A DNA stretch of 24,000 bases. It comes from Bacillota bacterium. Its GTDB lineage: Bacteria > Bacillota > Desulfotomaculia > Desulfotomaculales > Ammonificaceae. Below the pieces are notes generated by a model, which ran no database searches, was not told where the DNA came from, and saw only the letters and a list, made by a program, of their open reading frames with translations. Within the stretch, counting starts at the first letter, position 1. Every line of letters begins with the position of its first letter. The stretch is taken from assembly GCA_040758635.1 (NCBI GenBank), contig JBFLVI010000011.1, forward strand, positions 1,717-25,716, given 5' to 3'. The position numbers were made by a program, and so were the translations under genes. Shown piece after piece: positions 7,594 through 16,309 of the stretch.

Positions 7594-8034
7594 CTAACCG
7601 CGGGAAGTTGAGTTTCTCTTAATGTAGGCCACCCCGTGAAACAAGGCGATCAACTGGCCCTCGCCGTCCTCCACGGTGACCCGGAAGTGGGTCAACCGGC
7701 CGCTACGCGACTCTTCCACCGCCCGTGCGGTCAACACCGATCCGGTGCCCGTGGCCCGGACGTAGCTGATATTGGCGTGGATGGCCAGGGCGGTTTCGCC
7801 GTAAGCGTTGCTTGCGGCGCCAAAAACCGTGTCCGCCAGGGTGAACACGACCCCGCCGTGGGTGACACCGGCGAAGTTCAGCATGTTTTCCTGGACGGTC
7901 AGGGTAGCCTCCGCGTAGCCGGGCGCCACGCGCCCGAAACGGATACCGAGGGCCTTCGGGAAAAAATCTTTCTCGATCAGGCCGCGGATGTAACGGTCGG
8001 TATCCTGAGGGAGCGGTGTCTTCTCCTTTGACAT
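7594..8034 (-). CDS. PaaI-family hotdog-fold thioesterase
   Basis: NFAGVTHGGVVFTLADTVFGAASN hotdog motif, ARAVEESRSGRLTHFRVTVEDGEGQLIALFHGVAY. Confidence 0.88.
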   Translation of the reverse strand: MSKEKTPLPQDTDRYIRGLIEKDFFPKALGIRFGRVAPGYAEATLTVQENMLNFAGVTHGGVVFTLADTVFGAASNAYGETALAIHANISYVRATGTGSVLTARAVEESRSGRLTHFRVTVEDGEGQLIALFHGVAYIKRNSTSRG

Positions 8035-8187
8035 AACGTGTAACTATTTTCGCGGTTGCCGACCGAAATCCTCCCGCCTGTATATAAATCATTGTCGGCC
8101 GCGGTGCTTTCGATTGACAGCTTTTTTCCATATAATTTTCGCAAACCGCTTGAATACTTTCACCAAATATGATAAAGTAGCTTTGTG

Positions 8188-8268
8188 CCTACGCCGACGC
8201 TGGCTTGAGACCACGGGAAATTTTCAGGTCCACGCTGAAACCTCCGCTCTTAAGCCGCCCCGAGTAGG
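8188..8268 (+). promoter_or_regulatory. candidate structured 5' leader of zinc-ribbon gene
   Basis: Three nested complementary segments: CCTAC 8188-8192/GTAGG 8264-8268; GGCTTGAG 8202-8209/CTTAAGCC 8249-8256; TTTCAG 8222-8227/CTGAAA 8235-8240. Confidence 0.4.
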
Positions 8269-8299
8269 AAAGAATCAAAAGAAAAAGGAGGTTTTAGCG

Positions 8300-8590
8300 A
8301 TGTACCAGGATAAGACCTTGACCTGTCGCGAATGCGGGAGCGAATTTTCGTTTACGGCCAGCGAGCAAGAATTCTACGCTTCCAAGGGCTTTGAAAACGA
8401 ACCCTTGCGTTGCCCCGACTGCCGTGCCGCCCGCAAAGCGCAGCGAAACAGCTACGGGCGCCAACCGCGGGAAATGCATACCGTCACCTGTGCCAGGTGC
8501 GGCAAACCGGCAGAAATCCCGTTTCGCCCGGTAAGCAGCAGGCCGGTTTATTGCAAGGATTGCTACCAGCCCGCTAAATCGCGCTGGTAA
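8300..8590 (+). CDS. zinc-ribbon domain protein (two CxxC...CxxC modules)
   Basis: MYQDKTLTCRECGSEFSFTASEQEFYASKGFENEPLRCPDC...VTCARCGKPAEIPF...YCKDCY; AAAGGAGG SD. Confidence 0.88.
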   Translation: MYQDKTLTCRECGSEFSFTASEQEFYASKGFENEPLRCPDCRAARKAQRNSYGRQPREMHTVTCARCGKPAEIPFRPVSSRPVYCKDCYQPAKSRW

Positions 8591-8604
8591 CCGTTCGAAA
8601 CCGG

Positions 8605-8648
8605 AAAAGCGGGAAGATCAAAACCGATCAATCCCGCTTTTTTATTTT
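8605..8648 (+). terminator. Rho-independent terminator
   Basis: AAAAGCGGGA...TCCCGCTTTTTATTTT with inner GATC/GATC pair, just after the 8590 stop. Confidence 0.75.
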
Positions 8649-8698
8649 CCCGGACGCAGGGGCCGCCCCGCAGGGCTACTGCTCCCGGGCGTTCTATT

Positions 8699-11332
8699 TT
8701 ACCACCGGGTATGATACGCCAGTGCTTTGGCGATCAACGCAGCCATTTCGCCCCGTGTAGCCGTTGACAGGGGGCGGAAACACCCGCCGGCACCCTGTAC
8801 CAGCCCGGCACGGGCCGCCCGTCGCACCGCAGGCAAAGCCCAGCCCGGAATCCTGTGCTCGTCCTCAAACTCCGGGCTTTGGCCTTCTTCAAGCCCGAGC
8901 GCCCGGTCAATCAGCACGGCCATCTCCGCCCTGGTGATCGGTTTATCCGGCCGGAACCACCCGCCGGGGTAACCCGTTATAATTCCCCGTGCTACCGCCG
9001 CCTTGATTCCGCCCGCCGCCCAGGAGGGAATTGCGTCGCGGAAGGGCAGCGCGGCATCCCCGGGTTCGTGCCAGCCGAAGGCGTTGGCCAGGATCACGGC
9101 GAATTGCGCCCGCGTCACGGCCGCATCGGGCTTGAAGGTGCCGTCAGGGAACCCGTGCACGGTTCCGCGGACGCCCAGCCGGATCACTGCCTCCCTTGAC
9201 CAGTGGCCGGTCACGTCGACCGGCTCGATATACTCCTCCTCACGCAGCGCCACGACGACCTCGCCGAACCTCTCCACCCGGCCGAGCACCGGTCCGCTGC
9301 CCTCACCCGTGGTCGGCTGCGGCACCCACAGACCGTCGGACCGCCGGCAAAGAAGAACCACCCGCCCAGCGTCCCGGCCGTCCGGCAACCAGCGCAAAAG
9401 ACAGCCCTTCCCGGGCGCCGGCGCTTGATAAGGCCGGAGAGACAGGCCGTCCAGAAATCTGTAACCTACCGGCAGGTCGGCGGGTTCCGCAAGGCTTTCC
9501 ACGCCGACCGCAGCACGCGTGGCAAACGTACCGGGCAAAACCCGGATCGCAAACCTTCCCTCTGTGCCCTCCGTTCCTTCCGGGCCGGCCCAGAGGAACT
9601 TCTGGCCCGGCGGGGCGACTTCCACCGGCACCGAAACCTCCAGGCCGCCGAAGCGGGCAACCACCGTCCCCGCCGCGACTTTTTCCCCGGCGTAGAAGAC
9701 GCCGTCCCGGATCTCACCGGCCTCCCCCTGGACCGTCCAGTTTACATAACGTGGCGCCAGGGGCCAGGTGCGGCCGTCTTTCCCGCGCACCTGGGCGATC
9801 AGCTTCACCTGCCCGCCGGGAGGCAGCGCAATAAGTGCAGGTGCAACTTCGAGCGCGGCCAGGTCTTCGGCCCCAAGCGCCCGGAGCGTGAGCCGCCCGG
9901 TAACCCCGCCCGTCTTGGCCGTAATCACGATCGTGCCGCCGCTGCGGGCGGTGAAGACGTTTCCTTCAAAGGTACCGGAACCCTGCTCCACGCTCCAGAC
10001 CACCTGTCCGGCGTCAATCGCGTACGGGTTGAAATACGTGTCGTAAGCACCCGCCCGGTAGGCATAGGGCAGCCCGGCCAGAATCTCCGCCGGCCCCCGC
10101 ACCACCAGGCCCGCCAGCGGCCCCTTCGGAGCAGTGCTGAAAACGCCCAGGGCGTTTGGAACCCGCCGCTCGGCCCCTTTGGCCGGCGTGTTCACCAGCA
10201 CCGGTTGAAACTCTCCCAGCGGGCGGGCCACCAGGCTGGTGGAACCGCCGCCGTCCAGATTCAGGGCCCGCCAGGCGCCCAGCCGCTGCACCAAAAAGTC
10301 GGCCAGCTCTTCCTGGGTCATCCCCCGGCTCGCAGCGCTCTGTTCAACACCGACCAGGTACAGCGTGTCCCCCGCACGCGAAACGGCTGCGGCCGAACGG
10401 GCGGTCCGCCCCTTAATGTTCTGGCTGAAGGGTTCCACCCGCCGGCCTTCAGCCACTAACAGGGCCTGCCCGCCTACCGCGGACTGGATCTCTTCCTCTC
10501 CGTAGGGTTCGATCCGGTAGCGCACCGTCACCGGGTCACCGACCTGAAAATTGTCGAGCAGAAAGGCGGCCGCCACCCCTTGCGCCCGCAAAACGCAACC
10601 GTCGGGCGGGATGGCAACCCCGGGCTGGTTGACGCGGATTTCCTGCACCGTCCCCCCCGTTACCACAAACTCCACTACGTTCGGCGCTTCGGGCGCCGCT
10701 CCGCGGCTGGTTGGCCCCCAGGCCGGCGTATACATCTGGATGGCATCAACATCCGAATTCACCGGCTTTCCATCCGTCACCGCCTGGTAGGCCGGCTTGT
10801 TAACCCCGCCGAGCGGGTAAAAGGACAGGCCGTTGGGGGCAACCACCTCGCCGGAAAAACGGAAAAGGTCAATTACAGGCCGGAGATCACCCAAGAGTGC
10901 AAAGGAATAATAATCGCCGCGCAACATCGGGCTCGTCAGCAATTCCCGGTCCCGGACGGTCATCCCCAGCGGGTGCTTCCCTTCCGACAGGTGAAAGAAA
11001 TCGCCGTTGATTGCGGCCACTGCCCCGGCCCGCTGGGCCATTTCCCGGACGGTGAGGGTGCTGCCGAAGCTCTCGTTGTCTGCACCGATCAAGGTTTCCA
11101 GCCGTACGTAAGGATGGCGCAGGCTCACGACCAGGACGTGGACCCGCACCGGCCCGTCCGCGGTCTCCAGACGGTACCCTTTCAGGGTAACCCCTGCGGC
11201 AACCGGCTCCTCGGAGACCTCCTCCGCCGGCACCGTGCCGGCCCGGACCGGCCCGGGCCCGGAGAAAAAGAAAACAGCGGCGAGGATGAAAATGAGCAAT
11301 GCCTGCGCCCGCTTGACGGCGGTAAATTTCAA
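8699..11332 (-). CDS. secreted phosphodiester glycosidase (NAGPA/DUF2233) domain protein with C-terminal SLH repeats
   Basis: N-terminal hydrophobic signal; VAAINGDFF and WRALNLDGGGSTSLVAR core motifs; three SLH-like segments (VHGFPDGTFKPDAAVTRAQFAVIL; ITGYPGGWFRPDKPITRAEMAVLI; VQGAGGCFRPLSTATRGEMAALI). TTG start with upstream GGAAGGGGAG. Confidence 0.88.
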   Translation of the reverse strand: MKFTAVKRAQALLIFILAAVFFFSGPGPVRAGTVPAEEVSEEPVAAGVTLKGYRLETADGPVRVHVLVVSLRHPYVRLETLIGADNESFGSTLTVREMAQRAGAVAAINGDFFHLSEGKHPLGMTVRDRELLTSPMLRGDYYSFALLGDLRPVIDLFRFSGEVVAPNGLSFYPLGGVNKPAYQAVTDGKPVNSDVDAIQMYTPAWGPTSRGAAPEAPNVVEFVVTGGTVQEIRVNQPGVAIPPDGCVLRAQGVAAAFLLDNFQVGDPVTVRYRIEPYGEEEIQSAVGGQALLVAEGRRVEPFSQNIKGRTARSAAAVSRAGDTLYLVGVEQSAASRGMTQEELADFLVQRLGAWRALNLDGGGSTSLVARPLGEFQPVLVNTPAKGAERRVPNALGVFSTAPKGPLAGLVVRGPAEILAGLPYAYRAGAYDTYFNPYAIDAGQVVWSVEQGSGTFEGNVFTARSGGTIVITAKTGGVTGRLTLRALGAEDLAALEVAPALIALPPGGQVKLIAQVRGKDGRTWPLAPRYVNWTVQGEAGEIRDGVFYAGEKVAAGTVVARFGGLEVSVPVEVAPPGQKFLWAGPEGTEGTEGRFAIRVLPGTFATRAAVGVESLAEPADLPVGYRFLDGLSLRPYQAPAPGKGCLLRWLPDGRDAGRVVLLCRRSDGLWVPQPTTGEGSGPVLGRVERFGEVVVALREEEYIEPVDVTGHWSREAVIRLGVRGTVHGFPDGTFKPDAAVTRAQFAVILANAFGWHEPGDAALPFRDAIPSWAAGGIKAAVARGIITGYPGGWFRPDKPITRAEMAVLIDRALGLEEGQSPEFEDEHRIPGWALPAVRRAARAGLVQGAGGCFRPLSTATRGEMAALIAKALAYHTRW

Positions 11333-11702
11333 GCGCCCGCTCCCCTTCCTTCACGAAGCCTGGACAACCGTTTGTTGTATGTTACCATGCCGCCGGTATT
11401 TAGTCTGGTTTACAAATCGGCCCTTTAAGCCCGTTTTTCGCCGTGGTGCGTTTTGACCCGGCCTTCTCCCGGCCGCCCGGAAAGTTTGGCGCGCTGTTTT
11501 CTTATAGCCTTAGATTACCATTTCAGGGATTAACCGGATAAAGGGGCGCTTCCGGATAGGCCCCGCCGCCGTGCCGGCGCGGCGCAGGTAACCGGCAGCG
11601 GGCCACGCCGGCAGCCCGCCCGGATGTTCTGAGGGCTGCTGCCTCCTGGCCCCAAAATCACAATTTGATTTTAAGTTCAAGGGAAAAACTCTGGATAAGG
11701 GG

Positions 11703-12410
11703 TTAACGGTCTTTCGCGCCGGAATCTTCTTCACTCACGGCGTGGAGGAGATACTCCGCCAAGGCGTACCGCCACATAACCGCCGCCGTCCGGAGTATTT
11801 CTTCCGCACCCTCGGTCTCCCCGGCAGCGGTTGGTACCGCGGCGGTCTCGCCTCCCGGCGAGACCCCTTCCACTCCGGGCGGGTCCGGCTGCAGTTCCGC
11901 CGCTTTAGCCGCGCCCCCGCTTAGGTCCAGGACTTTGCGGACGTAGGCCCGGGTTTCGGGGTAAGGGGGGATCCCGCCGTACCGCGCCACCGCTCCCGGA
12001 CCGGCGTTGTAAGCCGCCAGCGCAAGGGCCTCGCTGCCGCCGAACCGTTCCAGCAGGGAGCGCAGGTAGGCCGCACCGCCGAAGATGTTCTGGACCGGGT
12101 CGAACGGGTCGCGTACGCCCAGCGCCTGCGCCGTCGCCGGCATCAACTGCATCACTCCCTGGGCGCCCGCCCGTGACACCGCCCGGGGATTAAAACCGGA
12201 CTCGGCCTGCACCACCGCCCGGAGGAGCTCCAGGCGCAGCCCGAAACGCGCCGCGGCCGCCTTCAACACCGGTTCCAGTGCGGCAGCGCCGCCCTTCCGG
12301 GCCGCCGCCAGTGCCGCCTCAAACCCACCGGTTTTCGGCGACACCCCCGTCTTCGCGCCCGCTCCCCCAGCTTCAGGCTGCCAACCGACTCGCACCGGCT
12401 CACCCCCCAA
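11703..12410 (-). CDS. soluble lytic murein transglycosylase (SLT domain)
   Basis: [35 protein letters not shown] ... [29 protein letters not shown]. Confidence 0.9.
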   Translation of the reverse strand: MGGEPVRVGWQPEAGGAGAKTGVSPKTGGFEAALAAARKGGAAALEPVLKAAAARFGLRLELLRAVVQAESGFNPRAVSRAGAQGVMQLMPATAQALGVRDPFDPVQNIFGGAAYLRSLLERFGGSEALALAAYNAGPGAVARYGGIPPYPETRAYVRKVLDLSGGAAKAAELQPDPPGVEGVSPGGETAAVPTAAGETEGAEEILRTAAVMWRYALAEYLLHAVSEEDSGAKDR

Positions 12411-12647
12411 ACCCTCTACTCTTTTTTTTCGGCCCCCGGCGACACCGGGTTTAGCCCCAACTTCCTTCGCCGCACTCCGGTATGCCCGGCCGGGCCTCTG
12501 AACTCGTCTGTTCGTCGCCCAGGACTTTTCCCCTCGTGACAGGAAAAAAGCTTCCGGCTAAAATTTAAAGGGAACCTTTCAGTTCGGTATTCAGATTTAA
12601 ATCCGGTCGAATCACTAAACCCAAGTCTAAAGGAGGTTTATGTCGGC

Positions 12648-12923
12648 ATGAAAGCTGCGGTAACAATAAAGGAAGCCACCGCCCACTTCGCCGCCAACCG
12701 CGAAACCATTCCGGTCCACCGCATGCCGCGGGGCGACTACGCCTTCGAGGTGGCCCCGGAAAACCACCTTTATCTCGTCGTCGAGGCCAAAGGCAGCGGG
12801 ATTTTCCTCGCCCGCCTGGGGCCCAAACTGATGAAGCTCCGGCCGCTGAGCGAAGAGGAACAACAAGCGGCACGGGCTTTTGCTCAAAAACGACTTGAGG
12901 AGGCCGGCCTCCTCCAAAATTAG
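12648..12923 (+). CDS. hypothetical protein (91 aa)
   Basis: Intact ORF with upstream AAAGGAGG and coding-like composition (MKAAVTIKEATAHFAANRETIPVHRMPRGDYAFEVAPENHLYLVVEAKG...). Confidence 0.7.
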   Translation: MKAAVTIKEATAHFAANRETIPVHRMPRGDYAFEVAPENHLYLVVEAKGSGIFLARLGPKLMKLRPLSEEEQQAARAFAQKRLEEAGLLQN

Positions 12924-12939
12924 CGTTGGCTGCGAGTTG

Positions 12940-12968
12940 TTGCCTTTTTTTGAGAAACCAGTTATAAT
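12940..12968 (+). promoter_or_regulatory. sigma-A type promoter for hsp20 gene
   Basis: TTGCCT (12940-12945) - 17 nt - TATAAT (12963-12968). Confidence 0.6.
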
Positions 12969-13009
12969 ATAGGCAGAAAAAGATCTGCTGAATCCAGGGA
13001 GGTGGTACT

Positions 13010-13450
13010 ATGCCGTACATGTTACCGTGGGACCCGTGGCGCGAATTACGCGAAGTGCGCGACGCGATGGAGAAGGCATTCAGCAAGCTCCCGAAGCTCT
13101 TTGACCGCGAGCAGTTCGGGACTTGGATGCCGGCGGTGGACGTCTACGAAAAGGACGATGAGGTAATCGTTAAGGCGGATCTCCCTGGGGTAGACAAGAA
13201 AAACGTCCGGATACTGGTTTCCAACGAGGAGGTTACCATCCAGGGAGAAACCAGGCGGGAAGAGGAAGTGAAAGAGAAGAACTTCTACCGGAGCGAGCGG
13301 GTGTACGGCAGCTTCTCCCGCACCATCCCGCTGCCGGTGCCGGTGGAGCGCGAAAAGGCCAAGGCGTCGTTCAAAGACGGGGTCCTGCAAATAGTCGTCC
13401 CCAAAGCAAAGGGCGCCCGGGAAGACCAGGTCGAAATCAGGCCTGAGTAA
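13010..13450 (+). CDS. Hsp20/alpha-crystallin family small heat-shock protein
   Basis: WMPAVDVYEKDDEVIVKADLPGVDKKNVRILVSNEEVTIQGE ... RSERVYGSFSRTIPLPVPVEREKAKASFKDGVLQIVVPK; GGGAGG SD. Confidence 0.95.
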   Translation: MPYMLPWDPWRELREVRDAMEKAFSKLPKLFDREQFGTWMPAVDVYEKDDEVIVKADLPGVDKKNVRILVSNEEVTIQGETRREEEVKEKNFYRSERVYGSFSRTIPLPVPVEREKAKASFKDGVLQIVVPKAKGAREDQVEIRPE

Positions 13451-13466
13451 AACCGAATACAAGGGC

Positions 13467-13500
13467 AACACCCCGGAACCCCCGGGGTGTTCGTTTTTTT
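13467..13500 (+). terminator. Rho-independent terminator
   Basis: AACACCCCGG-AACCC-CCGGGGTGTT followed by CGTTTTTTT. Confidence 0.9.
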
Positions 13501-13519
13501 GCGCCCCCCAAATCAAAAA

Positions 13520-13732
13520 CTACTCCCGCACCTTAAACAGCATCCTGCCCGCCGGGCGCCGCCGCCGGCGGTACGGGATCAACCGGGGCAGCCACCAGAA
13601 CAGGAAATCAACCGCGCCCAGAACGGCGGCGGCGAGAAAAAACCCGCCTTTCACCTTCAGGCGCGTTTTCAGACCGGGTTTTGAGCGCCGCCCGGATTCC
13701 GGCTTCACCGTTTTCTTGCCGCCCGGACTCAA
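13520..13732 (-). CDS. small membrane protein (70 aa), translationally coupled to RNase J
   Basis: TTG at 13732 preceded by GGAGGTGTAGTC, whose GGAGG lies within the last codons of the RNase J gene; product has one hydrophobic segment (GGFFLAAAVLGAVDFLFWWLPRLIPY) followed by RRRRRP. Confidence 0.55.
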   Translation of the reverse strand: MSPGGKKTVKPESGRRSKPGLKTRLKVKGGFFLAAAVLGAVDFLFWWLPRLIPYRRRRRPAGRMLFKVRE

Positions 13733-13734
13733 GA

Positions 13735-15399
13735 CTACACCTCCATGATAATCGGCAGGATCATCGGCCGGCGCCGCGTCCGGTCGTAAAGGAACCGGCC
13801 TAGCACGTCCCGCACCTGCGACTTGATGCTTGACCACTCGGTTGTTCCCCGCCCGGTGCACTTTTCCAGTGCGCTGTGCACTTTTTCTTTGGCTTCTTCG
13901 AACAGTTGCTCCGCCCCGCGGACGTAAACAAAACCGCGGGAGACGATGTCCGGCCCGGCCACCACCTGCCCCGACTCCTGGTTTATCGCCAGCACTACAA
14001 TCAGGATTCCGTCCTGGGCAAGCTGTTTCCGGTCACGGAGCACAATGTTGCCCACGTCGCCGACACCCAGGCCGTCCACCAGCACCCGGCCGGCGGTAAC
14101 CCGGCCGGCGAAGCGGCCGCTCTTCCGGGTAAACTCCACAATCTGCCCGTTTTCCGCTACAAAAATGTTTTCGGGATTGACGCCCAGTTCCCGGGCCAGT
14201 TCCGCGTGGCGCATCAACATCCGGTATTCCCCGTGAACCGGGATGAAAAACTTGGGCCGGGTCAGGTTGAGCATCAGTTTCAGTTCCTCCTGGCTCGGGT
14301 GCCCGGAAACGTGCAGCCCGCCGACGGTTTCGTACAGCACCTCCGCGCCGCGCTTGAAAAGCTGGTCGATCACCCGCGCCACCAGCTTCTCGTTCCCCGG
14401 GATGGGGACCGCCGAAATGATGATCGTGTCGCCGGGAACAATATCCACTAACTTGTGGTCGGCCATCGCCATCCTGGTGAGCGCCGACATCGGCTCACCC
14501 TGGCTCCCCGTCGTAAGGATGACCACCTCGTGCCGCGGCAGCTGGTTGGCCTCTTCAAGCTCCACCAGGGTGCCAGGGGGGATGTGGAGGTACCCCAGCC
14601 TGTGGGCGACATCCACCACGTTCACCATGCTGCGGCCCGCGACCGCCACCTTCCGGCCGTAGCGGTGGGCCACCAGCACCGCCTGTTGAAGCCGATGGAT
14701 GTTCGAGGCAAAGGTGGCGATCAGGACCCGGCCGCGCGCACGCCGGAAAGTCTCGTCGAAGCCCTCGCCGACCACCCGCTCCGACATTGTGTAACCCGGC
14801 CGCTCCACATTCGTACTGTCCGAAAGGAGGACGAGCACTCCCGCCTCCCCTAATTGCGCCAGACGGTGAAAATCGATCATTTCCCCGTCAACCGGAGTGT
14901 GGTCAACCTTGAAGTCCCCCGTATGCAAGACCACCCCGATCGGGGTGTGCAGCGCCACCGCCACCGCGTCCGGGATGCTGTGCGAAACCCGGATGAATTC
15001 GATTTTAAAGTGGCCTACTTCGACCACGTCCCGCGGGCGTACTACCCGCAGGTCAACGTCATGATCGGGCAGGTGCTCGGTGAGTTTCCCTTCCAGCAGG
15101 CCGAGGGTCAGCCGTGTCCCGTAGACCGGAACGCTCTGGAAGTAGGGAAGCACGTAAGGGAGAGCGCCGATGTGGTCCTCATGGCCGTGGGTCAAAACGA
15201 TCGCCCGGATCAGGTGCTTGTGTTCGACCAGGTAACTGACGTCCGGAATCACCACGTCTATACCGAGCATTTCTTCCTCGGGAAACATCAGCCCGCAGTC
15301 GATCACCACGATTCCGTCTCCGTAACGCACCGCAAGCGAGTTTTTCCCGATTTCACCCAGTCCGCCCAGAGGAATGAGCTGGATCTTACCTTCACGCAA
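13735..15399 (-). CDS. rnj: ribonuclease J
   Basis: 554 aa; MBL motif LTHGHEDHIGALPYVL, LHTGDFKVDHTP, LLSDSTN, TGSQGEPMSAL, VSGHPSQEELKLMLNLTRPKFFIPVHGEYRML. Confidence 0.97.
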   Translation of the reverse strand: MREGKIQLIPLGGLGEIGKNSLAVRYGDGIVVIDCGLMFPEEEMLGIDVVIPDVSYLVEHKHLIRAIVLTHGHEDHIGALPYVLPYFQSVPVYGTRLTLGLLEGKLTEHLPDHDVDLRVVRPRDVVEVGHFKIEFIRVSHSIPDAVAVALHTPIGVVLHTGDFKVDHTPVDGEMIDFHRLAQLGEAGVLVLLSDSTNVERPGYTMSERVVGEGFDETFRRARGRVLIATFASNIHRLQQAVLVAHRYGRKVAVAGRSMVNVVDVAHRLGYLHIPPGTLVELEEANQLPRHEVVILTTGSQGEPMSALTRMAMADHKLVDIVPGDTIIISAVPIPGNEKLVARVIDQLFKRGAEVLYETVGGLHVSGHPSQEELKLMLNLTRPKFFIPVHGEYRMLMRHAELARELGVNPENIFVAENGQIVEFTRKSGRFAGRVTAGRVLVDGLGVGDVGNIVLRDRKQLAQDGILIVVLAINQESGQVVAGPDIVSRGFVYVRGAEQLFEEAKEKVHSALEKCTGRGTTEWSSIKSQVRDVLGRFLYDRTRRRPMILPIIMEV

Positions 15400-15437
15400 A
15401 AAGTTTCACCTCCCTCCTTTTTGGACTCAAACCTTTA

Positions 15438-16307
15438 TCAATACCCTTCCCCGGCCAGAATAAGCACCATCTCCCGCAGCACTTTCGCCGCCAGGAGGGG
15501 GGCCAGCCCGCCGGGGTCGCACAACGGGTTGATTTCCACCACGTCGAATCCCACCACATCAAGCCCCCTGAGCGCGTAAACCGCCTTCAGGAGCTCGCCC
15601 GGACCGATCCCGCCCGGTTCCGGTGTTCCAACCCCCGGGGCATAAGCGGGCTCCACCACATCCACGTCCAGCGTTATGTAAACTTTTTTCCCGGTAATTT
15701 CCGGATATACCGCGGCAAGCGGCCGGTGCACCTCGTAAAGGAAAAGACGGGTGTGGTCCCGGGCAAACGTGATCTCGGCCCGGTCCGCCGAACGGACCCC
15801 GAACTGAAAGACCCGCCCCGGCCCGAGCAGTTCCACCACGCGCCGCATCACCGTGGCGTGGGAAAGCTTCACTCCCAGGTACTCGTCCCGGAGGTCGGCG
15901 TGGGCGTCGAAGTGCAGCACCACGACGTCCGGGTACCGCTGGAAAACGGCCCTGAGCACCGCAAGGGTGACCAGGTGCTCCCCCCCGACAAGAACGGGAA
16001 TCTTTCCGTCGGAAAGGATTCCCGTTGCCACCCGCTCTATCTCCCGTAACGCCTCCCCGACGTCGCCCAGGGGCAGGTTGACGTCGCCCAGGTCGCAAAA
16101 AGGCACCTCCCGGATGTCCCGGTCAAGGTACAGGCTGTACTCCTCCAAGCAGCGGGAAAACTGGCGCACCGCCCGCGGTCCTTCCCGCGTACCCGGCCGG
16201 AAGCAGACCGTAGCGTCCAGCCCGGCGCCCACCAGAACCACCCGCGCCCCGGCATAATCCGCGCCCGCCCCTAAAAAGAAGCCGTCCCGGCCGATCTTAG
16301 GCAGCAT
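15438..16307 (-). CDS. speB: agmatinase (ureohydrolase family)
   Basis: GGEHLVTLAVLRAV, VLHFDAHADLRDEY, ITLDVDVVEPAYAPGVGTPEPGG metal-binding motifs; operon context with speE and pyruvoyl ArgDC. Confidence 0.92.
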   Translation of the reverse strand: MLPKIGRDGFFLGAGADYAGARVVLVGAGLDATVCFRPGTREGPRAVRQFSRCLEEYSLYLDRDIREVPFCDLGDVNLPLGDVGEALREIERVATGILSDGKIPVLVGGEHLVTLAVLRAVFQRYPDVVVLHFDAHADLRDEYLGVKLSHATVMRRVVELLGPGRVFQFGVRSADRAEITFARDHTRLFLYEVHRPLAAVYPEITGKKVYITLDVDVVEPAYAPGVGTPEPGGIGPGELLKAVYALRGLDVVGFDVVEINPLCDPGGLAPLLAAKVLREMVLILAGEGY

Positions 16308-16309
16308 CG

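Noticed and set aside
8120-8145. TTGACA ... TATAAT hexamers upstream of the zinc-ribbon gene
   Set aside because: Perfect hexamers but only 11 nt apart, incompatible with normal sigma-A spacing; not called as a promoter.
9203-10459. 418-aa plus-strand ORF (and 9196-9834, 10580-11428)
   Set aside because: Antisense shadows of the phosphodiester glycosidase/SLH gene, no domain-like segments.
14854-15579. 241-aa plus-strand ORF
   Set aside because: Antisense to ribonuclease J and the agmatinase 3' end; low-complexity H/D/V-rich shadow translation.
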